From: a virus
Lineage: Duplodnaviria; Heunggongvirae; Uroviricota; Caudoviricetes
Virus record (IMG/VR): IMGVR_UViG_3300028886_000065
Length of the DNA stretch: 41,435 nt
Reading direction: 5' to 3' (one strand)
A program made the position numbers and the translations under genes. Below, in pieces: positions 1 through 8,546 of this stretch (positions are counted from its first letter, which is position 1; each line of letters opens with the position of its first letter). The notes beneath the pieces are model-generated. The model was given only the letters and a program-made list of their open reading frames with translations, was not told the origin of the DNA and searched no databases.

Positions 1-20
1 TCTATTAGCCCGATATTCAT
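1..20 (-). CDS. 5' start of a gene running off the window (MNIGLI...)
   Basis: ATG at 20-18 followed by AAT ATC GGG CTA ATA; resembles the M-x-IGLID start of a phage radical-SAM-associated family (recalled, not verified). Confidence 0.3.
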
Positions 21-54
21 TGCCACATTATCGCTATAATGTTTGTTCCGTATG

Positions 55-444
55 CTACAATGACATTGCAGCAGCAGTTCTCTCTGCTTTTATATTGATT
101 CTTACGACTTTCCCGTTCTTGTCTCGCTCGTAGAAAGCAATAAGTTGGCAGTCCTCGTAGAGCCACAGACGTACATTGTCTTTGCTCTCTAAAAGAAAAC
201 GAATCATCGCTTCACCTGCCATTTTTCTATACTTTCTGTCAAGAGGGAAATAATCAGTACCTTCAATGCCAGAAACTTTGCCTCTGCTTTTCATCGGAAC
301 ACTCGGTGTCATGCTAAACTCAAAACACTGCTGCAACTTGCACAGAAGTTTTCTCGCACCGTTGATCTCGGCACTCTCAACCATCGAACTCGGCAGGTCC
401 CACGCAGGGGAGGCAGTTACGCCCCTCCTGTGTGAAGATGTCAT
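55..444 (-). CDS. Hypothetical protein (129 aa)
   Basis: Start moved from 474 to ATG at 444-442, which forms an ATGA overlap with the TGA of 441..1181. Confidence 0.6.
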   Translation of the reverse strand: MTSSHRRGVTASPAWDLPSSMVESAEINGARKLLCKLQQCFEFSMTPSVPMKSRGKVSGIEGTDYFPLDRKYRKMAGEAMIRFLLESKDNVRLWLYEDCQLIAFYERDKNGKVVRINIKAERTAAAMSL

Positions 445-1181
445 CTGAGTTTTGTCACTTTGTACCTTTCCCATAAGCGATCCAAGTTTAATGATTCTAC
501 TTCTATCTTGATAGGCTTTACCAGCTTGTGCCAGTATTCGCCGTATCTTCCCTTACGTTTGATGTCTGTTAGCATCTTCTTGCAGAAACGCTCGTAGTTG
601 TAAAGACACATACCATTCATTATCTTCTCATACATGGAGCCGATCACTTCTGGTACGGATTCCATTGCCTTGCGCTCACCCATTTGCAGGGTTTTCATCG
701 CGTACTTCATAAGACATGGATATAGATAGTTCTGCACATGGTGGTTTATTTCATCCATCTTCAATGTCTCAAAGTAGTGCAAGGTCATAAGGCTCTCGTC
801 GGCTACCAACTGCAATTTCCGTTTCCTTTCCTCTAAGGTGTCTGGCTTCGGACTTGAGTGTCGCTGCATATAACGCCAATAGCCTTTCTTGTCTTCAAGA
901 ATAAGGTTGTCGGCACAGATATTATGACAGTTCTCGTCACGGTAGGTAATGTAGTCACCTGCTTCGTAACCTCGCAACCAAGTCTCGGCTACCAACCTCG
1001 CGGCTTGCCAGTAATGGAGTTTCCCATGCATCATAATGTGAAGCCTTACCGTAGCCCTGCGACCTGTAATGGTATGGCAAACAATAGCCTTCTTCGGCTT
1101 ACCATTATATCGGAAATGCCCGTCACGGCTACATTCAAGTCCAGGCACACTATTCACTGGCTTGTAAACGGTTTCTGTCAT
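441..1181 (-). CDS. NUMOD4/degenerate HNH-like N-terminus fused to a sigma-region-2-like helical C-terminus
   Basis: RLVAETWL...YITYRDENCHNICADNL resembles HNH_3 (RLVAxAF...VNHxDGNKxNNxxxNL) with Tyr at the catalytic His position; C-terminal YLYPCLMKYA...ESVPEVIGSMYEK is sigma2-like. Confidence 0.55.
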   Translation of the reverse strand: MTETVYKPVNSVPGLECSRDGHFRYNGKPKKAIVCHTITGRRATVRLHIMMHGKLHYWQAARLVAETWLRGYEAGDYITYRDENCHNICADNLILEDKKGYWRYMQRHSSPKPDTLEERKRKLQLVADESLMTLHYFETLKMDEINHHVQNYLYPCLMKYAMKTLQMGERKAMESVPEVIGSMYEKIMNGMCLYNYERFCKKMLTDIKRKGRYGEYWHKLVKPIKIEVESLNLDRLWERYKVTKLR

Positions 1182-1540
1182 TACGAATGGAGTTTCATGC
1201 CGTAGCGGTCAAGTATCAATTTGTGCGCCCATTCGGGAACACTTGTCTTGTCTGTCTTATGCTCATTCAGATAACTTTCCAGTTCCTTCACATAGTGCTG
1301 GAGCAATGCCACAAAGTCACTGTCTGGTGTCTCACCGCCTTGGATGCCGAACCTGTCTTGTATATACCGAACGTCGTTGACGAATTTCAGGTTAAGTACA
1401 ATTTCTTCCTCGCCGCCACCATACACATATACAATAGCCATGATTCTCGCACTCGTATCGGTAGTGATGGCTGGAATACCAGCCGACATGCAAGCGTCAA
1501 GCCAGTCACGTTGTAGTTTCGTTGCTTGTTCTCTGTTCAT
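1181..1540 (-). CDS. Hypothetical protein (119 aa)
   Basis: TAATG coupling to the next gene; co-oriented with the operon. Confidence 0.75.
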   Translation of the reverse strand: MNREQATKLQRDWLDACMSAGIPAITTDTSARIMAIVYVYGGGEEEIVLNLKFVNDVRYIQDRFGIQGGETPDSDFVALLQHYVKELESYLNEHKTDKTSVPEWAHKLILDRYGMKLHS

Positions 1541-1546
1541 AGTATT

Positions 1547-1780
1547 CTACATCAAAACCCGGGCAAGTTCATCGCTTACTTCGCGAATGGAAGTGCGACC
1601 GCCAAACAAGGGTATCAAGTCTGTGTCAAGAAATCCTTTCAGACTTTTCAAATAAAACTTTTCAAAGTTATCAAGGTCAACTATAGTCCAATCCTTATTC
1701 CGCTTACGGAATCCTGTATTACAGTCGTGGGCGCACTTCTCTTTGAAGATACGCCCACAATGATTGCACTTAAATCTCAT
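1547..1780 (-). CDS. Small Zn-finger-like hypothetical protein
   Basis: CNHC...CAHDC at the N-terminus; fits the operon. Confidence 0.65.
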   Translation of the reverse strand: MRFKCNHCGRIFKEKCAHDCNTGFRKRNKDWTIVDLDNFEKFYLKSLKGFLDTDLIPLFGGRTSIREVSDELARVLM

Positions 1781-1928
1781 TTACTTGATCTGGTAGTTTG
1801 AAACGGAAACATGCACGGAAATGTGGATTCATCGGCTTATTAACGTCTGGATGATAGCAAACACCATTCGCAAATGCGTCATAGCCATGCCACTTACATT
1901 CCTTGCAGTAGAATTGTAGGTAGTCCAT
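1770..1928 (-). CDS. Small Cys-rich hypothetical protein (52 aa; not in ORF track)
   Basis: MDYLQFYCKECKWHGYDAFANGVCYHPDVNKPMNPHFRACFRFKLPDQVNEI*; fills the gap and overlaps the next start. Confidence 0.6.
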   Translation of the reverse strand: MDYLQFYCKECKWHGYDAFANGVCYHPDVNKPMNPHFRACFRFKLPDQVNEI

Positions 1929-1942
1929 TGTGCTATAAAGAG

Positions 1943-1973
1943 TTTGATTTATATTATAAATGAATTACTTTTG
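1943..1973 (+). promoter_or_regulatory. Bacteroidetes-type promoter, antisense to the leftward operon
   Basis: TTTG (1943-1946), 19-nt spacer, TACTTTTG (1966-1973); matches the -33/-7 consensus. Confidence 0.5.
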
Positions 1974-1981
1974 CAAAATCT

Positions 1982-2296
1982 TCATTCGTCATTTCGTTTT
2001 TCGCCTTTGTCATACACATGGTGCGGATCAATACCCGTCATGTCGATTATCAACTGACGAATACGCTCACCAAACTCTAACGCTTCTTTCTCACGGATGC
2101 GACCTTCCTTGATACCGATGTTTGAACACACATGATTGAAGAGCAAGGCAACATTCATCACGTCTTCTTTGTCATAGTTCAAATCGTAAGACCATCGGTC
2201 TGCATCTGCCATGAGACAGATTTTAGCCCATTGTTCAATACCATCCTTGATGTGGACGTTAATTTCTTGAATTTGTTGTTTTCCCAATTCATTCAT
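1982..2296 (-). CDS. Hypothetical protein (104 aa)
   Basis: ATG start; fits the operon. Confidence 0.75.
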   Translation of the reverse strand: MNELGKQQIQEINVHIKDGIEQWAKICLMADADRWSYDLNYDKEDVMNVALLFNHVCSNIGIKEGRIREKEALEFGERIRQLIIDMTGIDPHHVYDKGEKRNDE

Positions 2297-2359
2297 AATT
2301 GCTAAAACTTCTATTTAATTCGCTTTCTATCTCTTTTTCTACAAAGCAAATGGGCATAG

Positions 2360-2806
2360 TTATGGCTTTGGTGCGTTGATGAAATGCAAGCCGTTTCTCG
2401 CATTTCCACTATTGATGGCGTTCCAAAGTGACTTGTGAGATAGACCTAATCGCTCACAACATTCTCTGATGGAACCAAACACCTGCCCCGTCTCTACACA
2501 CATCACTGGACGTTCCCAATACTTCTTAGGCTTTACCTTCTTAGGTTTATTGACAATAAACGTCTCCTTGATGACTTCACACTTGCGGGGACGCTCGATT
2601 GATTTCTTCCAGCGTAAGCCAGAACGTATAATCTCTTTCTCTACCTGCTCATGTGTAAGGCTCTCAAAGTTTTGCATGTCAAAGACGCTAATATCGCAAT
2701 CCTTGTGAAGTGCCTTGATGGTTATGAGATCGTCCAGATTCTCTGAGTAATACGAATTGACATTCTTGCCACAAACAAATACCGAAATGAGATAGTTTTG
2801 ATTCAT
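2360..2806 (-). CDS. NUMOD1-like HTH DNA-binding domain protein
   Basis: C-terminal RPVMCVETGQVFGSIRECCERLGLSHKSLWNAIN. Confidence 0.7.
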   Translation of the reverse strand: MNQNYLISVFVCGKNVNSYYSENLDDLITIKALHKDCDISVFDMQNFESLTHEQVEKEIIRSGLRWKKSIERPRKCEVIKETFIVNKPKKVKPKKYWERPVMCVETGQVFGSIRECCERLGLSHKSLWNAINSGNARNGLHFINAPKP

Positions 2807-2850
2807 TCATTCAATATATTTGCCGCCGTTCCATGCGATTTTACGCGAGG

Positions 2851-3252
2851 TCAGTCATCGTACTCGGCGTAGGGGTCAACATTGCGATCTATGACATAGT
2901 ACATGACTCCGTTTTCGCCCATCTTCGACTTGGAATCAAGTTCTGCAAGTTCCTCTTGTAGTCTCCTCTCAAAACTTTCCTCACCATCGTCACAACAGAT
3001 AAGGTAGTCTGTCCTCTGAGCATAGATGGCAGCACGACGTAAAGCGTAAACAGCTTCTTCCATTCTTCTCAGAATCGGATCTGGGAAAGCATAGTTCATT
3101 GGCTGTTTGTGAGTTTCCTCAAACTCCTGCCTTTCGTAGAAACTCCATTCCTGTTTAGGTATGGGTTTACCACTCAAAATGACTTCCTGCTCTATCTAAT
3201 CTGCAATGTTTTCGATGTGCCATTGCTTGTAAGAGAATTTACCTCCGCTCAT
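2851..3252 (-). pseudogene. Conserved phage protein interrupted by one in-frame TAG (3196-3198)
   Basis: MSGGKFSYKQWHIENIAD*IEQEVILSGKPIPK... reads continuously into ORF 2851..3177; ATG at 3252 lies 11 nt after the upstream gene. Confidence 0.7.
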
Positions 3253-3263
3253 AGTAGTTTGGG

Positions 3264-3578
3264 TTAATGGTTTGATATATGTGGGTGCTTACGCTTATAG
3301 TTCGGGTCTTTCTCACGACCTTTAACTTTGTCTGCGGCCATGGTAAGTAAATCGTCCTGGGTCAAACCAAGAATACCTGCGATATGGAATACAACTGCGT
3401 TGAGGTCTGCGAGTTCGTCAATGAAATCGTCAAGATTCTCTTTGTCATTAAAGATGTCCTTTTCGGCTGCTTCCATAAGTTCGCCATACTCTTCACGGAG
3501 TTTTACCAATCGTCTGTCAACGCTCGTTCCAAACTTTGCGTTGAACATTGCCAATATTTCTGTCTTTTCCATAATCAA
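3264..3578 (-). CDS. MazG-like all-alpha NTP pyrophosphohydrolase
   Basis: KLREEYGELMEA...DELADL acidic motif pair. Confidence 0.75.
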   Translation of the reverse strand: MIMEKTEILAMFNAKFGTSVDRRLVKLREEYGELMEAAEKDIFNDKENLDDFIDELADLNAVVFHIAGILGLTQDDLLTMAADKVKGREKDPNYKRKHPHISNH

Positions 3579-4042
3579 TAGCGAAATTTTGTAAAGTGAA
3601 TAACTGCTAATGGCCCTGTGAGGTCGTATCTCGAAAACCAGTTGCGCCAGTCACCAAGAGTAAGTCCGTCGTTATGTGCAAGTACATCGGCAGAAACGGA
3701 ACAGATTTCAACATATATCGGATGAATAATTGCGCATCCCGCAACTGTCATTCTCTGCAAACCGATACCGTCCTCTTTCGTCAGAACAGCAATCTCAACC
3801 TGCTTACTGCAGTAGGGTTTGCCAGTCCACTGTCTGATGCAAAGACAAGCCCTACCAGCATTGATCTCGTCAAATCGTTTCTTCCACAACTCATAGTTGG
3901 CACGGATGGTATGGAGTTTAAGCCAGTCACCATCTGACCTACCGATGGCTGCAAGAAACTTATCCTTGAATCCAGTAGGCTCACCATTGCGAATATGCGT
4001 CACAGGAAAGACCTGAGACAATGTGATTACGTATTTCTTCAT
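3575..4042 (-). CDS. Conserved Bacteroidales phage protein, possibly ASCH/PUA-like
   Basis: KLHTIRANYELWKKR motif; ATGA-type overlap with the downstream gene. Confidence 0.6.
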   Translation of the reverse strand: MKKYVITLSQVFPVTHIRNGEPTGFKDKFLAAIGRSDGDWLKLHTIRANYELWKKRFDEINAGRACLCIRQWTGKPYCSKQVEIAVLTKEDGIGLQRMTVAGCAIIHPIYVEICSVSADVLAHNDGLTLGDWRNWFSRYDLTGPLAVIHFTKFRY

Positions 4043-4047
4043 CGGAT

Positions 4048-4088
4048 AAAAAGGACAGCCCTGCCATCACAAAGATAACAGGACTGTC
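4048..4088 (-). terminator. Intrinsic terminator inside the leftward operon
   Basis: 13-bp stem GACAGTCCTGTTA/TGGCAGGGCTGTC with a GTGA-containing loop, followed by TTTTT. Confidence 0.65.
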
Positions 4089-4146
4089 ACCAAAGGTAAA
4101 GTGAATAAATAAAGTGTTCCGTATGTTGTGATTGCACAGCAATCAA

Positions 4147-4659
4147 TCAATCCTTGTCTTTCTCAGCAGAAAGAGTTTGGAGGTGCTTGCCGTTTTCCAG
4201 AACATCAAGGATTCTGGTCTTCACAATGTCTGCGATTTCGTAGTCTGCGTTGGAGTCCTTATAGACCTCATCCTTGATGGCCTTGCGTGCTCCTTCAACA
4301 TTGGATGCCTGAACAAGATGGAAGTGTGACTGTACCTTCGTCTTGGTACGTGTGCCGCCCTTGCGAGTACGAACTTCTACCTCCTCGGTAATGCAGACCT
4401 TGACCTTGTAGAAGTTCTCGGCTTCGGCATCGTCGCTGAAACAGATAGTGCCGTACTTAGGCTTGATCATGGCCGGAACCTTGATAGGACGGTTGTTGTA
4501 CGTCATTTCGTCGCGGATGCGCTTCTCACCGTCAATGAAGGTGGCGGCTTCAACGACATAGCGTTCTTTCGACTCTTTAGAGATACCTTTCTCATTGGTT
4601 TCGTTGAAAGCAATAGTAGCCTCCATCCAAAAACCGCTGCGATTTCTTAAATTTGCCAT
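4147..4659 (-). CDS. DUF4494-like protein
   Basis: FWMEATIAFNE...KERYVVEAATFIDGEKRI and FYKVKV...HLVQASNVEGA: duplicated-module pattern typical of DUF4494. Confidence 0.65.
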   Translation of the reverse strand: MANLRNRSGFWMEATIAFNETNEKGISKESKERYVVEAATFIDGEKRIRDEMTYNNRPIKVPAMIKPKYGTICFSDDAEAENFYKVKVCITEEVEVRTRKGGTRTKTKVQSHFHLVQASNVEGARKAIKDEVYKDSNADYEIADIVKTRILDVLENGKHLQTLSAEKDKD

Positions 4660-4718
4660 TGTTCTTCTTTTTTTATTGGTTATACTTAAAGTTGGTGTCT
4701 TTCGGTTTTCCCGAAAGG

Positions 4719-4982
4719 TTATTTGCGTGCTTTGATTCTCGCCTTGTTTCTGCGCTTCCAGCGTGCATGAGTGTGATTGCTCTTCTTCCCCTTTTGGGGT
4801 AGGAAGTCACGATGCTCATGCTCACATGGGAATACAGCGTTTGGACCAGGTAGCGGTACTAACGGGTACATCTTCTGAAATTCATAACGATTCATGTAGG
4901 GAACTTTGATAAGATGTGTTTTGTTCTTTTTCTTCTCTACTCTGTAGAAGTAGTCAGTGTAACGTCTTGATAAATGTGACAT
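4719..4982 (-). CDS. Basic hypothetical protein (87 aa)
   Basis: ATG at 4982 preferred over TTG at 5045; K/R-rich C-terminus. Confidence 0.5.
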   Translation of the reverse strand: MSHLSRRYTDYFYRVEKKKNKTHLIKVPYMNRYEFQKMYPLVPLPGPNAVFPCEHEHRDFLPQKGKKSNHTHARWKRRNKARIKARK

Positions 4983-5051
4983 GTTTTGGTATGATATAAT
5001 GATTGAACATATTCTTTCGGTTGTGTGTGACGCATATTCGTACAAAGCTTT

Positions 5052-5405
5052 TCAGTATAAAACAAGTGTGCTCACTACAAAGATAACAAAAAGTGTAATT
5101 ATTAACAAGAATAATAGAGAATAGTTATCGTATCGTCGGCGATGCCTGATGTCCCCACGGGCATAGAAGACAACTTCATGTTGAGCACCGGGAAGAATTG
5201 CATTGAGTACATCGTACTTGTCAGCTTTGTAAGCTATTTCAAATACGGACATTCCAAAATAATAAGGGGAGTAGGAATAATAGCAATAACCTCCATATTG
5301 CTCATGGACTCCACTGACAACTCTCTTGATGGCGTTGACCAGTCTCGGATAATTCTGTTTCTGGTATTTCTGTTTCATATTCTCTTGTTTTTTGGTGTCC
5401 CCCAT
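5052..5405 (-). CDS. Hypothetical protein with a C-terminal transmembrane helix
   Basis: LLFLLIITLFVIFVVSTLVLY tail. Confidence 0.65.
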   Translation of the reverse strand: MGDTKKQENMKQKYQKQNYPRLVNAIKRVVSGVHEQYGGYCYYSYSPYYFGMSVFEIAYKADKYDVLNAILPGAQHEVVFYARGDIRHRRRYDNYSLLFLLIITLFVIFVVSTLVLY

Positions 5406-5593
5406 CCGTTCAAACGATAAACTTCCGCTCTCGCTTCTTCCTTCGTCTTGCAGTCCTTGACAAAAGAACCTTCTCCTCCACCAGTCACAACAACTGTGCG
5501 CATCGCATTAGCGATGGGAATATCACGCCAACGCCAAATACCCCACAAACTACCATGTGGCGCATAGTAGTATTCCCCATCCTTCCTATTCAT
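5375..5593 (-). CDS. Small conserved phage protein (72 aa)
   Basis: MNRKDGEYYYAPHG...EEARAEVYRLNGW; ATG at 5593 overlaps the upstream TAG by 8 nt. Confidence 0.65.
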   Translation of the reverse strand: MNRKDGEYYYAPHGSLWGIWRWRDIPIANAMRTVVVTGGGEGSFVKDCKTKEEARAEVYRLNGWGTPKNKRI

Positions 5594-5933
5594 GGCAATT
5601 GAAGTAATAGGTGGTGTCTGTCTCATAGGAAACTCTCTCGGACAATACAAGTGACAAACTATCACGCTCATATTCCGCATGAAGCCTTGCGACACGCTCT
5701 TTGGCAAAAGTGATAAACCAGCACAACAAGATAATACAGACCAATATGGCAACTATCAGCGATGCACGAAACTCACGCCGACAGAAAGCATTGACGGACT
5801 TCCACATGGCGAAGGCAATACTTACAATGCCTAAGATGAGTGAAAGAAAGATGCGGGTCAAACCCTCGAATAAGTCACATACGCCGGAGAGACAATAACT
5901 CTTCCAGTTCTTGAATGTTTTGAAAAGTATCAT
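5586..5933 (-). CDS. Membrane protein (2 predicted TM helices)
   Basis: Two hydrophobic stretches; fits the operon. Confidence 0.65.
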   Translation of the reverse strand: MILFKTFKNWKSYCLSGVCDLFEGLTRIFLSLILGIVSIAFAMWKSVNAFCRREFRASLIVAILVCIILLCWFITFAKERVARLHAEYERDSLSLVLSERVSYETDTTYYFNCHE

Positions 5934-5938
5934 AATGT

Positions 5939-6811
5939 TTATGTTTTTGCGATGGCTTCTACAACAGAGCCGTCTGGTTGAACGAAATAGTATTTACCCC
6001 ATTCCAATCCAAAGTCGTGAATGAAATCATCCAGTTCTATCAGCGACACCTTGCCTAAGTTACGTATGCACGACAGTTCAGACTTACGTTTGGAAACCAA
6101 GTCTCCTATGGTATAAATATCTGCCGATCGTAAGCAGTGAAGCGTTCTCACACTGAGGTCACATTGAGACAAACGCATGGTTAATATGTTTGGTCTAACA
6201 TCTTCACTTTGCTTGATTTCGCATTGAATCTTTTCGTGGGTTCTTGTGTTTAGACGGAGGGCATCGACTTCCGCAAGCAGTTTGTCACGTTCTTCTTTCA
6301 ATTCCCTGTAACTTTCAATGTGAACACTGATGTCGAAAAGTTTCTTGCGGATTAGTTGCTTGATACGCTCTGACGTAAGGTTGAAGGTTTTTGCAATGGT
6401 CTTTATATCATCACCTGCAAGCAACATCTGGAGAACCTTACAACCGCTATCTGTTTCTGAGGAATCTGGCTGTATGACATCGTATAGCACTGGAAGAACA
6501 TCAAGAAGAGCCTTGCGACTATTGACCAATGCATTGTTACCTTCTATACATTTACGGAGTTCTATAATGCTCTCTCTGTAATATTCTTCAAGCTCTTTCA
6601 GTCTTTTCTTGTAACTCTTGATGCTTTCTTCCATCACAACGAAGACGTTTATAGAGTCTTCAACTTTCTGCAAACTCTCACGATGGATAAACTGAGTGCC
6701 ATCTATCATAACGCCATTCAGAATACCTTTCTTGACCCAATTCCTGATTGTCTGCCTGGTCACGCCAAACATTTCGGCGACATCACTTGCTTTGATATAT
6801 TTCTGTTCCAT
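5939..6811 (-). CDS. MerR/HTH_17 + sigma4-like HTH + RNA polymerase alpha-CTD fusion protein
   Basis: N-terminal SDVAEMFGVTRQTIRNWVKKG; central IKTIAKTFNLTSERIKQL; C-terminal LSVRTLHCLRSADIYTIGDLVSKRKSELSCIRNLGKVSLIEL. Confidence 0.75.
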   Translation of the reverse strand: MEQKYIKASDVAEMFGVTRQTIRNWVKKGILNGVMIDGTQFIHRESLQKVEDSINVFVVMEESIKSYKKRLKELEEYYRESIIELRKCIEGNNALVNSRKALLDVLPVLYDVIQPDSSETDSGCKVLQMLLAGDDIKTIAKTFNLTSERIKQLIRKKLFDISVHIESYRELKEERDKLLAEVDALRLNTRTHEKIQCEIKQSEDVRPNILTMRLSQCDLSVRTLHCLRSADIYTIGDLVSKRKSELSCIRNLGKVSLIELDDFIHDFGLEWGKYYFVQPDGSVVEAIAKT

Positions 6812-6816
6812 AACAT

Positions 6817-8505
6817 TTATGCTACTTTTTGCAATTCCTCATACAGAGCCTCACACAATACCCTGCTCATGTTCACCTCAACAGCATTGCCAATAAACTT
6901 TTTCTGTTCTGCCTGTGTGCCGATAAGAGTGTAGTCCTCTGGAAATCCCATGATTCTTTTAAGTTCCACAATCTTCAGCATACGCATCTTTATGTCAACG
7001 ATACCGTACATTGCCATAAATTCCTTGACTTTATTCGTCATAGGAGAATCATCGTCATAAATAGCTATGCCAATGCCTTTCTCTGTACTGATTAAGTATG
7101 GAGGCATCTTATCCATTCTTGCTATCAAAGTAAAACATGGCTTATCAATACTGCCACCTTCACTCTGGTACTGAGGATTCATAAGGTACTGAGCAGATAC
7201 GAGATTCTGCTTTGGAGTGGCAACGACCGATGGAGATGGGCTGTCAATTTCTGAAGGTGTGCCGTTTCCGTACTGATTATCCAAGAACTGACAGTTAGCA
7301 ATACCGATTTGATTGACTGTGCAAATGGTAGGTGCTGGCTCTTCAATGGAACTGCCTGTGTTGTTGAATCGGTAGTTTACAATGAACTTAGGCTTAACCA
7401 ATCCAAATCGTTCTTTCGTCGTTACCGTAGGCGACGGATTTTCTATTGTCTTGTTGAATCCTTTGCCGTAGTAGGCAGTAATGAAAGCATGGTGATCAAC
7501 TGTTGTGATAGAACCTGCTGGTCTGTCAATGGAAATATTCTTGTCTTCTGGACGACCACTGAATTGCTTTGACAGAAAATTTACTTTTACCTTCGCAAAT
7601 CGGTTCTCAGTAGTAACGACACCACAAGGCTCTTCAATAGACTTCACTGTATCTTTTGGATTGACGGTATTGTAACGCATCAGATAGTTCTCATGGCGTT
7701 TCTTACCACCTGCGACAAACTTCACAAGTCCGGCATAGATACGTTCCAAAGTACGCTCACACAAAGGTTTCTTCTTCTCAAAAATGCTACAGCCTTCGTC
7801 TTCGAGGTCTAAGACTTCTCTGACTGGTTTCCACTTCTCATAGACTTGGAAGAGACTGTTTTCCTCAACTTCTTTCGCATGAGTCGGTACAGGAAATGCT
7901 ATTGGAAGTCCGTGACGGGCAAACTGACCAAAGAAACGCTTGCGACTTGTGTATGCACCAAAGTCGGCAGCATTGAGAATACGCCAATCAAAATCATACC
8001 CATATTGCCGTACATGACGTACCCATCTGAGATAGGAACGACCCTTGTCTTTGCTAACAGGCTTTCCGTTCTCGTCTAACTCACCCCAACACATAAATTC
8101 CTCTACATTCTCGATCAAAATGTAGTCAGGATTCAATGCTTCAATGTATCGGAATAGGTGTTCTGCGAGAGTACGAGAGTCTGCATCCCTCGGCATACCA
8201 CCTTTGGCACGGCTGAAATTCGTACATTCTAAACTGGCCCACAATACAACTAATGCGTCAGGATTCTCACGTTTCTTATTCTCCAAATGCGATACCAAAG
8301 GCGAAAGTTCAAGCGTGCGTATGTCTTCTGTGAAGTGTAGGGTATGTGGATGGTTGGCAGCATGAGAGGCAATAGCATTTGGGTCGTGATTGACACAAGC
8401 TATTACTTCGGCACATTTTTCACCATTTACAAACGCTTTTTCTACACCACTCGATGTACCACCTGCGCCACAAAACAGGTCGATATATAAAAGTTTCCTT
8501 GCCAT
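6817..8505 (-). CDS. DNA (cytosine-5) methyltransferase with an expanded repeat-containing variable region
   Basis: DLFCGAGG (motif I), LECTNFS (IV), ENV (VI), RKRFF (VIII), ELKRIMGFP and IGNAV (IX/X). Confidence 0.92.
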   Translation of the reverse strand: MARKLLYIDLFCGAGGTSSGVEKAFVNGEKCAEVIACVNHDPNAIASHAANHPHTLHFTEDIRTLELSPLVSHLENKKRENPDALVVLWASLECTNFSRAKGGMPRDADSRTLAEHLFRYIEALNPDYILIENVEEFMCWGELDENGKPVSKDKGRSYLRWVRHVRQYGYDFDWRILNAADFGAYTSRKRFFGQFARHGLPIAFPVPTHAKEVEENSLFQVYEKWKPVREVLDLEDEGCSIFEKKKPLCERTLERIYAGLVKFVAGGKKRHENYLMRYNTVNPKDTVKSIEEPCGVVTTENRFAKVKVNFLSKQFSGRPEDKNISIDRPAGSITTVDHHAFITAYYGKGFNKTIENPSPTVTTKERFGLVKPKFIVNYRFNNTGSSIEEPAPTICTVNQIGIANCQFLDNQYGNGTPSEIDSPSPSVVATPKQNLVSAQYLMNPQYQSEGGSIDKPCFTLIARMDKMPPYLISTEKGIGIAIYDDDSPMTNKVKEFMAMYGIVDIKMRMLKIVELKRIMGFPEDYTLIGTQAEQKKFIGNAVEVNMSRVLCEALYEELQKVA

Positions 8506-8546
8506 AATCGTTCAGTATATTACTATGTCTTAGTAACTCTCATCCG

